A stretch of DNA of 29,778 bases from Hallerella sp. (GCA_963607695.1 CAVDDP010000043.1:1-29778); one strand, 5' to 3'. Numbered from the stretch's first letter, positions 17,398-25,830 are shown. Made by a program: numbers and translations. The notes: a model not told the origin generated them from the letters alone.

Positions 17398-18653
17398 TGT
17401 TCCTCTTTTCGTTTCCATGTTTCTACAAGGTGTTTTGCTTTAGGGGTGCATGCTAAAAGCCCGCTTTTGTTAGAAAAAATCACCGCGCCCACTTCCATGT
17501 GCTCGCCTGCACGATGGTCAAGCTGGTATTGCAAGGCGCCTTCCAAACGGTCAAGCACGGCATCTTTAATGCCAGCCTGTTCTATAACATCAAGGCACGC
17601 ATCGGTGGTCATGCATTGGAAAAGGGCAAGAACCGTTTGCTGGTTTGCACCAGCCGCTGCGGCATGGGCTGCGAATATCTCACGCCGGCAATCGGCCATG
17701 CGTGAATGGGTGTCCATAATGCCGCCGGCAACTTTAACCAGTTTTCCTATGTGCCCTACTAAAAGCAGCTGCTCAAAGCCTTCTTCTGCCGCTTGATCAA
17801 GCGTGAACCCAATAAAGTTTGCGCAGCTTACCACCGGAATTTCAGGGGAAAGCCCCATGGTTTCTAAGAATGCCTGGCCGTAATTTCCCGGAACCACTAT
17901 CAGGCGCTTGGGGCACGGTGTGTTTTCTGCCCGCACGTGAATTTCCACTTTCAGGGCGTCTTGCAGCGCTTTTAAGCTGCGTGGTTCCACAATGCCCGAT
18001 GTTCCCAAAATAGAAATGCCGCCCTCAATGCCCAGGCTGGGGTTAAAGGTTTTGCGCCCTAGTTCTTCGCCTTCAGGCACTTCTATTACTACCGAAAAAC
18101 CGCCCAGGTAATCGTATTCATTAGCAACGTTTTCAAGACAAGCGCGAATGAGTGCGCGTGGCCCTGAATTGATGGCAGCTGTACCTACCGGCTGGTCAAG
18201 GCCGGGGCAGGTCACGCGCCCCACACCTTTGCCTCCGTCTATGGAAATGCCCTGGTTGCATAATGAAACGCGGGCACAAATATAAGCGCCATTTGTTATG
18301 TCGTAGTCGTCGCCGGCATCTTTGACTACCGTTGCTTGCGCGCTTGTGGTTGCGCCGGGCGTCGCAGCACCCGCCGTGCCTGGCGTCGCAGCGCCCACGT
18401 CCACGCCGCCCGCTGCCGCCGCACCTGCGTCCGCGCTGCCCGCCGCGCCTACGCCGCCCGCGCAAAGGCACACCTCTTCCGGGCACACCGTAACGGTAAC
18501 GCCTGCAGGTGTTACCACACTCACGCTTTCGGGCACGCTTCCGCCCAGCAGCAGCTCAGCCGCTGCTTTTGCCGCAAGCGCGGCGCAGGTGCCCGTGGTG
18601 TAGCCACGCCGCAAGCGCTGCCCGCCCGCTGTTATGTATTCCTCAAAGCTCAT
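17394..18653 (-). CDS. cbiD: Cobalt-precorrin-5B C1-methyltransferase CbiD
   Basis: LRRGYTTGTCA, KDAGDD.D.T, GVGRVT, GI.GGISILGT.GIV and GHIGKLVK motifs. Carries an Ala/Gly-rich insertion. Confidence 0.97.
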   Translation of the reverse strand: MSFEEYITAGGQRLRRGYTTGTCAALAAKAAAELLLGGSVPESVSVVTPAGVTVTVCPEEVCLCAGGVGAAGSADAGAAAAGGVDVGAATPGTAGAATPGATTSAQATVVKDAGDDYDITNGAYICARVSLCNQGISIDGGKGVGRVTCPGLDQPVGTAAINSGPRALIRACLENVANEYDYLGGFSVVIEVPEGEELGRKTFNPSLGIEGGISILGTSGIVEPRSLKALQDALKVEIHVRAENTPCPKRLIVVPGNYGQAFLETMGLSPEIPVVSCANFIGFTLDQAAEEGFEQLLLVGHIGKLVKVAGGIMDTHSRMADCRREIFAAHAAAAGANQQTVLALFQCMTTDACLDVIEQAGIKDAVLDRLEGALQYQLDHRAGEHMEVGAVIFSNKSGLLACTPKAKHLVETWKRKEEQ

Positions 18654-19903
18654 CGCTTTGTTTCCTTCTGCTGCGCATCTTGCTTGCCAGAAAAATGCTC
18701 AAGAAAAGAAAAGGGAAGTTCTTGCCCCGCATACATAACAGGTTTTCCCTGCGCCTTGGCATATTCAAGCAAAAGAGCGTTGCTGGGGTTTAAGGGATTG
18801 CCCTCTTTGGTGCCACAAAGCACAACTTCTGTTGCATCAATGAGCGATTTTGCCTGGTCAAGCGCTTCTTCACTTGCATCCTTAAAAGCAGCGCTTGAAA
18901 TAACATGGTGCGATAGGTCGCGCGCCAGCGAAAAATCAATGTCGTTGTCAAACAGCACACCGGTGGCAAAAGGAATGGATTCGCGCTGGAGTGCACGAAA
19001 AAGCGGTACGCCAGTGCCGGCACCTGCAATTACAAAAACCCAAGGCGCACCTGGCACTGCAGCAAGTTCAACGCTTCCAAAAAGCGGGTTATAGCTGCCG
19101 TTTTCTAAGGCGTACAATTCATGGATGGTCTCGCGCGTGAAAATTTCCTGGGGCGGGCCATAGCGCAAAATGCTTTCACCCTTCACGCACAGTATGGTGT
19201 CGGAAATCTTTTGTGCCAGGTCAAGTTCGTGTAGCGACATAATTACCGCTATGCCCTGCGCTTTTGCCAGCGTGCGCAAAAGGCTTAAAAGCTCAAGTTT
19301 GTAATGCACATCCAAAAAAGAAGTGGGCTCATCCAAAACAATAATGCGCGGCTTTTGGCAAATGGCGCGCGCAAGAAGCACGCGTTGGCGCTGCCCATCG
19401 CTAATTTGGGTGAAATCGTTATCGGCAATTTCGGTAACATTTACCAAATCCATGCACTCTTGTACCACCTGGTGGTCTTCGTCGGACAGAATGCCCAAGC
19501 GCCCGGTATAGGGGTAGCGCCCTGTTTCTACAACATCGCGGCAGGTCATAAGCTCGGTAGAAAGGCGCCCCGTAAGAACTACCGACATTTCGGTTGATAA
19601 GTCTTTTGCAGACATGTCATGCACGTTGCGTTTTTCTATAAAAACACAGCCCTCAATGGGTTCAAGATATTTCGCAATAGATTTTAAAATGGTCGATTTA
19701 CCTGCGCCATTAGGGCCAATAAGCGTAAGAATTTCGCCCGCATGAAGCTTTATCTCAATGTTTTTAATAAGCGGCTCGCCGTTGTAGCCCACCACTAAGT
19801 TGCGCGTAGAAAGAGCGCAAAGCTCTGTGTTAGTGCTTGCCGTTTGCGCGCTGCGGGGCCAAGTTCCGCCGGCACCTTTTTCTGCGCATAGTTCTTCGGC
19901 CAT
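18650..19903 (-). CDS. Corrinoid/iron-chelate ABC transporter ATP-binding protein (BtuD/FepC-like) with C-terminal extension
   Basis: Walker A GPNGAGKST, signature ISDGQRQR, Walker B LDEPT, H-loop. About 140 extra residues at the C-terminus. Confidence 0.92.
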   Translation of the reverse strand: MAEELCAEKGAGGTWPRSAQTASTNTELCALSTRNLVVGYNGEPLIKNIEIKLHAGEILTLIGPNGAGKSTILKSIAKYLEPIEGCVFIEKRNVHDMSAKDLSTEMSVVLTGRLSTELMTCRDVVETGRYPYTGRLGILSDEDHQVVQECMDLVNVTEIADNDFTQISDGQRQRVLLARAICQKPRIIVLDEPTSFLDVHYKLELLSLLRTLAKAQGIAVIMSLHELDLAQKISDTILCVKGESILRYGPPQEIFTRETIHELYALENGSYNPLFGSVELAAVPGAPWVFVIAGAGTGVPLFRALQRESIPFATGVLFDNDIDFSLARDLSHHVISSAAFKDASEEALDQAKSLIDATEVVLCGTKEGNPLNPSNALLLEYAKAQGKPVMYAGQELPFSFLEHFSGKQDAQQKETKR

Positions 19904-20983
19904 TTATGCCACCTTCTTTTTACGCTGCAGCATAACTGCTATTACCACCGGCGCGCCAAATACTGCCGTAACAGCGCTGATGGAAAGCTCGGTAGGGGCA
20001 AAAAGGGTGCGTGCAATTAAATCGCACCCCAGGCAGAAAATGGCGCCACCCAAAAAGCAGGCGGGGATAACAATCAATGGCTTCGCCGATTTCAAAAAGC
20101 TTTTCACCAAGTGTGGCACGGCAATGCCCACAAACGAAACAGGGCCGGCAAAGGCGGTTACTGTTGCCGCAAGCAGGCTTGAAAGCAAAATAAGCGTTAC
20201 GCGAAACACTTTTACATTCACACCCATGCTCTGGCTGTAGCTTTCCCCTAGCTGATAAGCGCTAATGGGCTTGCTCATACCAAAGGTAAGTGCGGCTACC
20301 ACACCTACCACAGCAACCATAATTCCCACATCATTCCAGCTAATGCCCGAAAAACTTCCTACCGACCAATCGTGCAAGTTCACAATGTTCTGATCGCTTG
20401 CAAAGGTGATGAAAAACTCGGTAATGGCCGAGCAAATGTAGCCAATCATAACGCCTGCAACCACCAGCACTCCCATAGAGCGCACGCGGTGCGAAATAGC
20501 CAGCACAAACGCCATGGAAAGCATGGCACCCACAAACGCAGCACCAATAAGCGCCCAGGATCCCAAAGCGTAACCTTGCCCCATAACCACAATCATCACA
20601 ATGGCAACCACCAGTTTTGCACCCGATGAAATACCTAAAATGTAGGGGCCGGCAATGGGGTTGTTGAAAAAAGTTTGCAACAAAAAGCCTGATAGAGCCA
20701 ATGCACCGCCCAAAACGGTGGCAGCAATAATGCGGGGAAGCCTGATTTGCCACACCACTTTATACTGCACGGTTAAGTCGGCCTGTGCACTTTGCCCGCC
20801 GTTAAAAAGAATCGAGATCAAATCGTTAAAAGGCACCGCAATGCTTCCAATGCAAATGTTTAAAACTAAAAGGGTGCACAGCAACACGGCAAGCGTAATA
20901 AAAACAATAACGCAGCGCTTATGGCGCCCTTTTTGCGCACTGGTTATTTCTGGTTTCTGATCTGCTTTCTTGCTGCACGACAT
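19904..20983 (-). CDS. Corrinoid/iron-chelate ABC transporter permease (BtuC/FecCD family)
   Basis: IRLPR, NPIAGPYILGISSGA and GPVSFVGIAVPH motifs; many hydrophobic segments. Confidence 0.93.
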   Translation of the reverse strand: MSCSKKADQKPEITSAQKGRHKRCVIVFITLAVLLCTLLVLNICIGSIAVPFNDLISILFNGGQSAQADLTVQYKVVWQIRLPRIIAATVLGGALALSGFLLQTFFNNPIAGPYILGISSGAKLVVAIVMIVVMGQGYALGSWALIGAAFVGAMLSMAFVLAISHRVRSMGVLVVAGVMIGYICSAITEFFITFASDQNIVNLHDWSVGSFSGISWNDVGIMVAVVGVVAALTFGMSKPISAYQLGESYSQSMGVNVKVFRVTLILLSSLLAATVTAFAGPVSFVGIAVPHLVKSFLKSAKPLIVIPACFLGGAIFCLGCDLIARTLFAPTELSISAVTAVFGAPVVIAVMLQRKKKVA

Positions 20984-21007
20984 AAAAGTATCCGTTCTTA
21001 CTCAGAC

Positions 21008-22201
21008 TTAGCTTAACTTATAGGCAAAGTCCAGTTCAGTAACACTTGAGTCAGTAAAAATGGTGTGCAGGTTGTTCACAATGGTGCCCGTTTCAACCAT
21101 TTGCTGATACATATTTTTATCGGTGCACCACACGTTGCTGTTTTCCACCGACTTAAATTCGCTGAGCAGCGCATTCTTTGAAACAAGCTGGTCAATTGAG
21201 GATACGCCGCCATCAATAGTTGCGTTGTAAATAAGAATGTCGGCATCTTTTGCCTGCGCGTAAAACGTTTCCATTTCCATGGTTACCGTTGAAGTTGCGC
21301 TTTCGCTTCCGCCCAAATCGGTAAAAATATACGTGCCACCTGCCATTTCTATCATGCGCGTTACGTAATCGCCGGGTTTGCGCACCACCGCTGCGCCATT
21401 TGAATTAATGTAGAAGAACGCCACGGTTTTACCGGTTGCTTCTTCTCCTTCAAGTGCTGTAACTAAGCTTTCCTGCTGGTCAAACACGCTTTGCGCCACA
21501 TCCTCTTTGTTCAGAAGCGCACCGTAGAGCTTAATCCATTCCGTGCGGCCAAGCGGGTGGGTTTCCAGGCTTGATTTTTCAATAAGAACGGTGCAACCCA
21601 CATCTTCCAAACGCTCTTTAACGGTGGGCGAGTGCTCAATCATGGTAGACTCAATGGCCAAAGGGCACCCGGTAGAAACAATAAGTTCGTAATCGGGCTC
21701 GCGGTATTTGCCCCCGTATTTGATGGTGCCTGCTTCAAGCGCTGCCGCTGCGCGCTCAACGGAAAGATCCGATGCCTGAACGCTTGAAAGCGATACCGTG
21801 TCAAGCGCGTCTAACGCATCAATAAGGCAAAAAGAATCGGTTGCTACCAGGTATAAGTTATCTAACGGCTGCTGCAGCACCTTAATGTCAGACGCCAAAT
21901 TATCGGGCGCCTGCTTTCCTTCAGGCACTACTAAAAAGCGCTGATTTCCCTCTATGCACACCAGCTTGTAGCCGCCCTCGTAATAATCAACAGTAAACCC
22001 CTGGGCATAATGAAGCTCCATGGAACTGGTGGGTTGCCAGCCGCACCCAATGTTTGTGTTGTGAAAACCGGTTTCGGTGCTTGCGGCAGTGCAGCCACTT
22101 ATTGCTGCCATGCTGCCCGCCAACCCAAGGGCTAAAGCGCAACTCAAAACGGCGCAGAGTACGCGCTGTCTTACGGTTTTGCCTGCAGAAAAACCCTTCA
22201 T
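21008..22201 (-). CDS. ABC transporter substrate-binding lipoprotein (BtuF/Fe-B12 periplasmic-binding family)
   Basis: Lipobox-like ISGC; YAQGFTVDY, PDYELI, E.HPLGR.EWIK and AGG.Y motifs; in the riboswitch-led operon. Confidence 0.88.
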   Translation of the reverse strand: MKGFSAGKTVRQRVLCAVLSCALALGLAGSMAAISGCTAASTETGFHNTNIGCGWQPTSSMELHYAQGFTVDYYEGGYKLVCIEGNQRFLVVPEGKQAPDNLASDIKVLQQPLDNLYLVATDSFCLIDALDALDTVSLSSVQASDLSVERAAAALEAGTIKYGGKYREPDYELIVSTGCPLAIESTMIEHSPTVKERLEDVGCTVLIEKSSLETHPLGRTEWIKLYGALLNKEDVAQSVFDQQESLVTALEGEEATGKTVAFFYINSNGAAVVRKPGDYVTRMIEMAGGTYIFTDLGGSESATSTVTMEMETFYAQAKDADILIYNATIDGGVSSIDQLVSKNALLSEFKSVENSNVWCTDKNMYQQMVETGTIVNNLHTIFTDSSVTELDFAYKLS

Positions 22202-22203
22202 GG

Positions 22204-22629
22204 TTACGCCGCCCGAGCACTTGCTGCATCAAAGGTAATGGTGTAGTCAATAAGGTGAGCCGTGCTCATTGCGGTGGTTTCCGCCTGCACTGAAAGAGGC
22301 TGGTCAAGTGAGCTTACCGGAATTTGAAACGTTGAGTTTTTGTTCGTGGAAGTGGGCGTGTATTCCACGCCTTGAACTACCATAAGGTCGTAGTTTGAGC
22401 TGCCCCAAACAATGGTGGCTGTCATGGCATTGCTGCTGTCTACCGTAACGGTTACCGGCGTTTCTATGCTTGCTTTGCCCGAGCCTCCCTCAAGCGTGGC
22501 GCTTACCTGATAGGTGCCTTCGCCTTGAATGATGCCGTTTTCAACAACGGTAACGGCCTTTGAGCCGCACCCTGCAAGTAAACAAAGAGAAAAAACAGCC
22601 GCGGCGGCAATAACAAAAATCTTTTTCAT
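22204..22629 (-). CDS. Small lipoprotein with a single NEAT-like beta domain; putative corrinoid-capture accessory protein
   Basis: MKK..LAGC lipobox; domain EGTY..LEGGSGKASI..ATIVWGSSNYDLM..NSTFQIPV..ETTAMSTAHLIDY. First gene after the riboswitch. Confidence 0.85.
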   Translation of the reverse strand: MKKIFVIAAAAVFSLCLLAGCGSKAVTVVENGIIQGEGTYQVSATLEGGSGKASIETPVTVTVDSSNAMTATIVWGSSNYDLMVVQGVEYTPTSTNKNSTFQIPVSSLDQPLSVQAETTAMSTAHLIDYTITFDAASARAA

Positions 22630-22760
22630 AGAATGGCGCTTCCTTTGTGCGTTTGCTTAGTGTTTGTACAAACCTGCTTCTTAAGGTGCACGTTTTGTGC
22701 CCGCACAGGAAGGGAAAAGAAGTGCCCATCCGCGCAAATCCGACGCGTACCTTGGCACGA

Positions 22761-22865
22761 TTCAGGGTGGCGATCTGACTTTTCGCATTGCTTTTTGCTA
22801 CGCAATGCGATTCACAGTGGCGGTACCGTGCAGGAATTTCACCTGCTTCTCCACGTCTGAAACGT
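22761..22865 (-). ncRNA. Cobalamin riboswitch, compact class-II type
   Basis: Minus strand: TTCAG..GTGGAGAAGCAGGTGAAATTCCTGCACGGTACCGCCACTGTGA, then a simple hairpin TCGCATTGC/GCAATGCGA, then AAAGTCAGATCGCCACCCTGAA. It lacks the P8-P12 extension. Downstream is a GTGCC..GGCAC hairpin followed by TTCTTTT. Confidence 0.88.
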
Positions 22866-22875
22866 TCAAGCGCAC

Positions 22876-22907
22876 AGTGTAGCATAAAGAGGCTGTTTTT
22901 TGGTCAA
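22876..22907 (-). promoter_or_regulatory. Possible promoter of the btu-cbi operon
   Basis: Extended -10 TGcTACACT (22884-22876) immediately upstream of the aptamer. TTGACC at 22907-22902 has non-optimal spacing. Confidence 0.4.
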
Positions 22908-23181
22908 AGGATTTCTTTGTGTGTAGGTCCAGGTATGAGTGAACGCACGTAATTGAAAAATTACGTGCTGCAATTCACGCGCTGCAAAAAAATGGTAAGG
23001 TGGCTTCAGTTTTCCCAACTTTGTGGTTTTTTAAAAAGAGTAAGGGGAAGGCGCAGGCGCTGCTATACCGGGGTGCGGCATAATGCAGCAAACAACACGG
23101 GCGCCGTGCGCGCCACTGACCAGCGCGGGCGCCAAAACCACGCTGGTGAACAAACCAAAACAAACAAGAAAGCAAAAGCGC

Positions 23182-24003
23182 ATGGAAATTGCAAACGAAA
23201 ACACTCCCACAAACGAGAGCACTCTCTCAAGCGAAAACGCTCCCACAAGCAAGAACACTCCCACAAGCGAGAACACCTCCGAACAAACACGCGGCACGCT
23301 CTACGGGGTAAGCGTTGGCCCGGGAGACCCTGAACTGCTCACGCTCAAAGCAGTGCGCATTATCAAACAGGCGCAGGTCATTGCTGTTCCTAATATTGGG
23401 CATGGCCGCCAAACAGCGCTGGGAATTGTGCAGGAACACATTCAAGGCAAGCCGCTTATCGATTGCTCCACGCCCATGCTGCGTGACCATGCCCGCGTGG
23501 TAGAAGCGTACCAGCGCGTGGCTGCAGAGATTGCCTGTGCACTTGACCAGGGAAAAAGCGTGGCTTACGTGGCAATTGGCGATATTGGCATATATTCCAC
23601 GTACTTCTACATTCATGAAATATTGGTGGCGCAAGGCTATAGTGCGCAGGTGGTGCCGGGCGTTCCCAGCTTTTGTGCCGCTGCTGCCCGTTTGGGTATT
23701 CCTTTGTGCGAGGGCCCTGAAGCCATTACTATTGCGCCGGTAATCACCGGCAATGCGGCACAGACCGCCATGAACGTGCCAGGCACCAAGGTGTTCATGA
23801 AAAGCGGGCGCGATTTACCTGCTGTGCGCGAAATGGTAGAACGCGCCGGCTTGCTTGACAGCACCTCGCTGGTGGCTAATTGTGGTCTACCAGACGAGGC
23901 GGTATATCCAAAACTAGCACAGGTTCCTGCTGATATGTCCGACTACTTTACGCTGGTCATTGCAAAAGAGCCTAAAGACAATAGGCAACAACAAGAATAC
24001 TAA
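23182..24003 (+). CDS. cbiL: Cobalt-precorrin-2 C20-methyltransferase (CbiL/CobI)
   Basis: GTLYGVSVGPGDPELLTLKA, IGDIGIYST, VPGVPSF and VFMK motifs. Start probably ATG 23182 (alternative 23083). Confidence 0.92.
   Translation: MEIANENTPTNESTLSSENAPTSKNTPTSENTSEQTRGTLYGVSVGPGDPELLTLKAVRIIKQAQVIAVPNIGHGRQTALGIVQEHIQGKPLIDCSTPMLRDHARVVEAYQRVAAEIACALDQGKSVAYVAIGDIGIYSTYFYIHEILVAQGYSAQVVPGVPSFCAAAARLGIPLCEGPEAITIAPVITGNAAQTAMNVPGTKVFMKSGRDLPAVREMVERAGLLDSTSLVANCGLPDEAVYPKLAQVPADMSDYFTLVIAKEPKDNRQQQEY
23194..23283 (+). repeat. 18-bp degenerate tandem repeat, about 5 copies, in the cbiL 5' end
   Basis: AACGAAAACACTCCCACA / AACGAGAGCACTCTCTCA / AGCGAAAACGCTCCCACA / AGCAAGAACACTCCCACA / AGCGAGAACACCTCC, encoding NENTPT-like hexapeptides. 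Confidence 0.85.
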
Positions 24004-24122
24004 GCGGAAGCTATTCATGTTTTCCCTCTTTTTATCGCATCGAACATCCTTTGTTCGATGCGATAAAACCATTATTAAAACACCTTATAGAACGATCACC
24101 AATTTGTGCTTCAACAAAACTC

Positions 24123-25178
24123 TTACGCTACCGGATGCTCCTTAGCATATTGAGCTCCGTAGGTATGCAATTCATCCTTAACTGCCTTGTCGATACGCTC
24201 AATAAAGCAAGTACCGTTGGCGATACCAGGGTAAAAACGCCCAGCAGCGCAGTATGTGTCAACCGCACGGTGAACTTCAGCACGAGCCTCTTCATCGGTA
24301 GTAGAGTCCACATCTAATTTCGGACCGTCAATACCACCAATCATAGCAAGTTTACCTTCAGTGGCCTTTTGAATAGCAACAATGTCGTTCTGAGGAATAA
24401 CTCCTTGCCAAATATCAATATTCATATCAACCATATCTTTTGCGATGGGCTCACAGATGCAGTCGGCATGATGAACAAAGAACCAACCAAGTTCATGTGC
24501 CTTTTCAACAATCTTGGTATGGAGCGGCTTGATAAGTTCACGCCAAGTATCTGGTGGCAAGAATAAGTTTTGTTTCGAACCCCAGTCATCCTGGAAGAAC
24601 ACAACATCAATCTTTACATGCTTTGCAACTTCTTCCATGTAACGCATTTTCCAATCGGCAATTGCAGTGAGCATCTCTTCCATAAGTTCTGGCTCTTCCA
24701 TGTAATTGCAGAATGCGTCTTCCATACCCATCAGGAAGTGACTTGTTTCAAATAAGCCAGCCGGCATAAATAATGCAACGTTGTAGCCTTTACGATTGGT
24801 TGATTCAGCAACTGCTACCGCAGCACTCCAGTCAAGACCTTCAATTTCAGGAAGAATAATTTCTTCACGCCAGTTTTCAATATTTTTAATAACTTTGTTT
24901 TCGTCGGTAATATGAGGATGCGCACCCGGAGCGCCCGGCAGCCAAATGCGAGTTACTCCCCATCTGTCAACATGTTCTTCACCATTAGGCATAGGTAAAT
25001 CCGCAATAAATTCTGGGTCTGGAATAAAAGCGAGCGTATCCATAAAGTCAAAGTAGTACTCTGGTTGCTTGCCCTCGAAAATCAGTTGGGCATTTTCGCG
25101 CAGGGTATACTTATCACCCGGATCACGGTAACCGCTTTTATCCTCCTGAGATTCTTCTTGAAAAAACTCGTTTGCCAT
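24123..25178 (-). CDS. Uroporphyrinogen decarboxylase / MtaA-CmuA methyltransferase family protein
   Basis: DRWGV.., GLFE.SHFLMGMEDA, QDDWG..N LF..P..WRELIKP, HHADC, DIWQG and GGID motifs. Start moved to ATG 25178 (AAGGAG RBS). Confidence 0.88.
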   Translation of the reverse strand: MANEFFQEESQEDKSGYRDPGDKYTLRENAQLIFEGKQPEYYFDFMDTLAFIPDPEFIADLPMPNGEEHVDRWGVTRIWLPGAPGAHPHITDENKVIKNIENWREEIILPEIEGLDWSAAVAVAESTNRKGYNVALFMPAGLFETSHFLMGMEDAFCNYMEEPELMEEMLTAIADWKMRYMEEVAKHVKIDVVFFQDDWGSKQNLFLPPDTWRELIKPLHTKIVEKAHELGWFFVHHADCICEPIAKDMVDMNIDIWQGVIPQNDIVAIQKATEGKLAMIGGIDGPKLDVDSTTDEEARAEVHRAVDTYCAAGRFYPGIANGTCFIERIDKAVKDELHTYGAQYAKEHPVA

Positions 25179-25218
25179 TTTTTTCTCCTTTTCTTTGCTA
25201 TGGCTACCCAAAATGACT

Positions 25219-25389
25219 TTATTTCTTATCTTTTAAATCATTAATGGGTACAACAACAAATGACGTTCCTCCACATTGAGGACACTTCGCGCAACCTGCA
25301 GGAATAGGGGTTGCGCAGGACGAACATTGCGTTTGTGCAGTTGCAGAGTACATTCCGCATTTATTGCAATGAGTACAGGGATAACACAT
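25219..25389 (-). CDS. 56-aa Cys-rich protein (CxxCxxCxxC plus zinc-ribbon-like CxxC..CxxC)
   Basis: Below the ORF-track cutoff. Hand translation: MCYPCTHCNKCGMYSATAQTQCSSCATPIPAGCAKCPQCGGTSFVVVPINDLKDKK*. GAAGGA just upstream; fills the gap between co-oriented genes. Confidence 0.8.
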   Translation of the reverse strand: MCYPCTHCNKCGMYSATAQTQCSSCATPIPAGCAKCPQCGGTSFVVVPINDLKDKK

Positions 25390-25407
25390 AATCCTTCACT
25401 CTCAGTT

Positions 25408-25439
25408 GTGTAAGGGAAGCACAAGCACTTCCCTTACAC
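25408..25439. other. 12-bp perfect inverted repeat after the ferredoxin gene
   Basis: GTGTAAGGGAAG, 8-nt loop, CTTCCCTTACAC. No U-tract on the minus strand, so it is more likely an intercistronic stabilising hairpin than a terminator. Confidence 0.55.
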
Positions 25440-25454
25440 CGTAAATACAACAAG

Positions 25455-25802
25455 CTACTCCACGCAGTACAACGACCAACGTTTTCCGTCACCCATCTTC
25501 TTAGCAAGGTCTTCAACCTCGCCGTAATACATGCACCACGCCTGGCAATGCTGAACGCACATAGGCATCTTGCCTTTTGCAGTGCGGGTTTCACACATAT
25601 CGCACGCCTTAGTAATAACTGGCATCCATGTCCACTCCCAGTGCTCAGGACCTTCAGGCTTACCAGAGTACTCATAAGGGCCAACCTCAGTTAACTTGAT
25701 ACCAAACTCACCTTTGGGAAGGTCAAGTTCTTTTTTGCAAGCAACTTCACAGGAATGACAACCCGTGCAATATTCGTAATTGATTAAAATTCCCTTAGTC
25801 AT
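25455..25802 (-). CDS. 4Fe-4S dicluster (ferredoxin-like) small subunit of a molybdopterin oxidoreductase
   Basis: CTGCHSCEVAC and CDMC..PMCVQHCQAWCM motifs; GAGGAG RBS; directly after the molybdoenzyme remnant. Confidence 0.9.
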   Translation of the reverse strand: MTKGILINYEYCTGCHSCEVACKKELDLPKGEFGIKLTEVGPYEYSGKPEGPEHWEWTWMPVITKACDMCETRTAKGKMPMCVQHCQAWCMYYGEVEDLAKKMGDGKRWSLYCVE

Positions 25803-25830
25803 AACTTTGTCTCCTCTTCTACTCTAAGCA

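Noticed and set aside
7214..22293. Overlapping alternative-frame and antisense ORFs throughout the btu-cbi operon
   Set aside because: They lie over well-supported genes and are expected in GC-rich coding DNA.
23194..23283. Possible CRISPR array or iterons
   Set aside because: The units are contiguous, degenerate and in frame, with no unique spacers and no cas or rep genes nearby.
22541..23333. ORFs across the second riboswitch and the divergent intergenic region
   Set aside because: They overlap the riboswitch or are alternative readings of the 18-bp repeat.
25233..25684. ORF-track entries 25233-25424 and 25361-25684
   Set aside because: Wrong frames. The ferredoxin gene and the 56-aa Cys-rich ORF (25219-25389) explain the region better.
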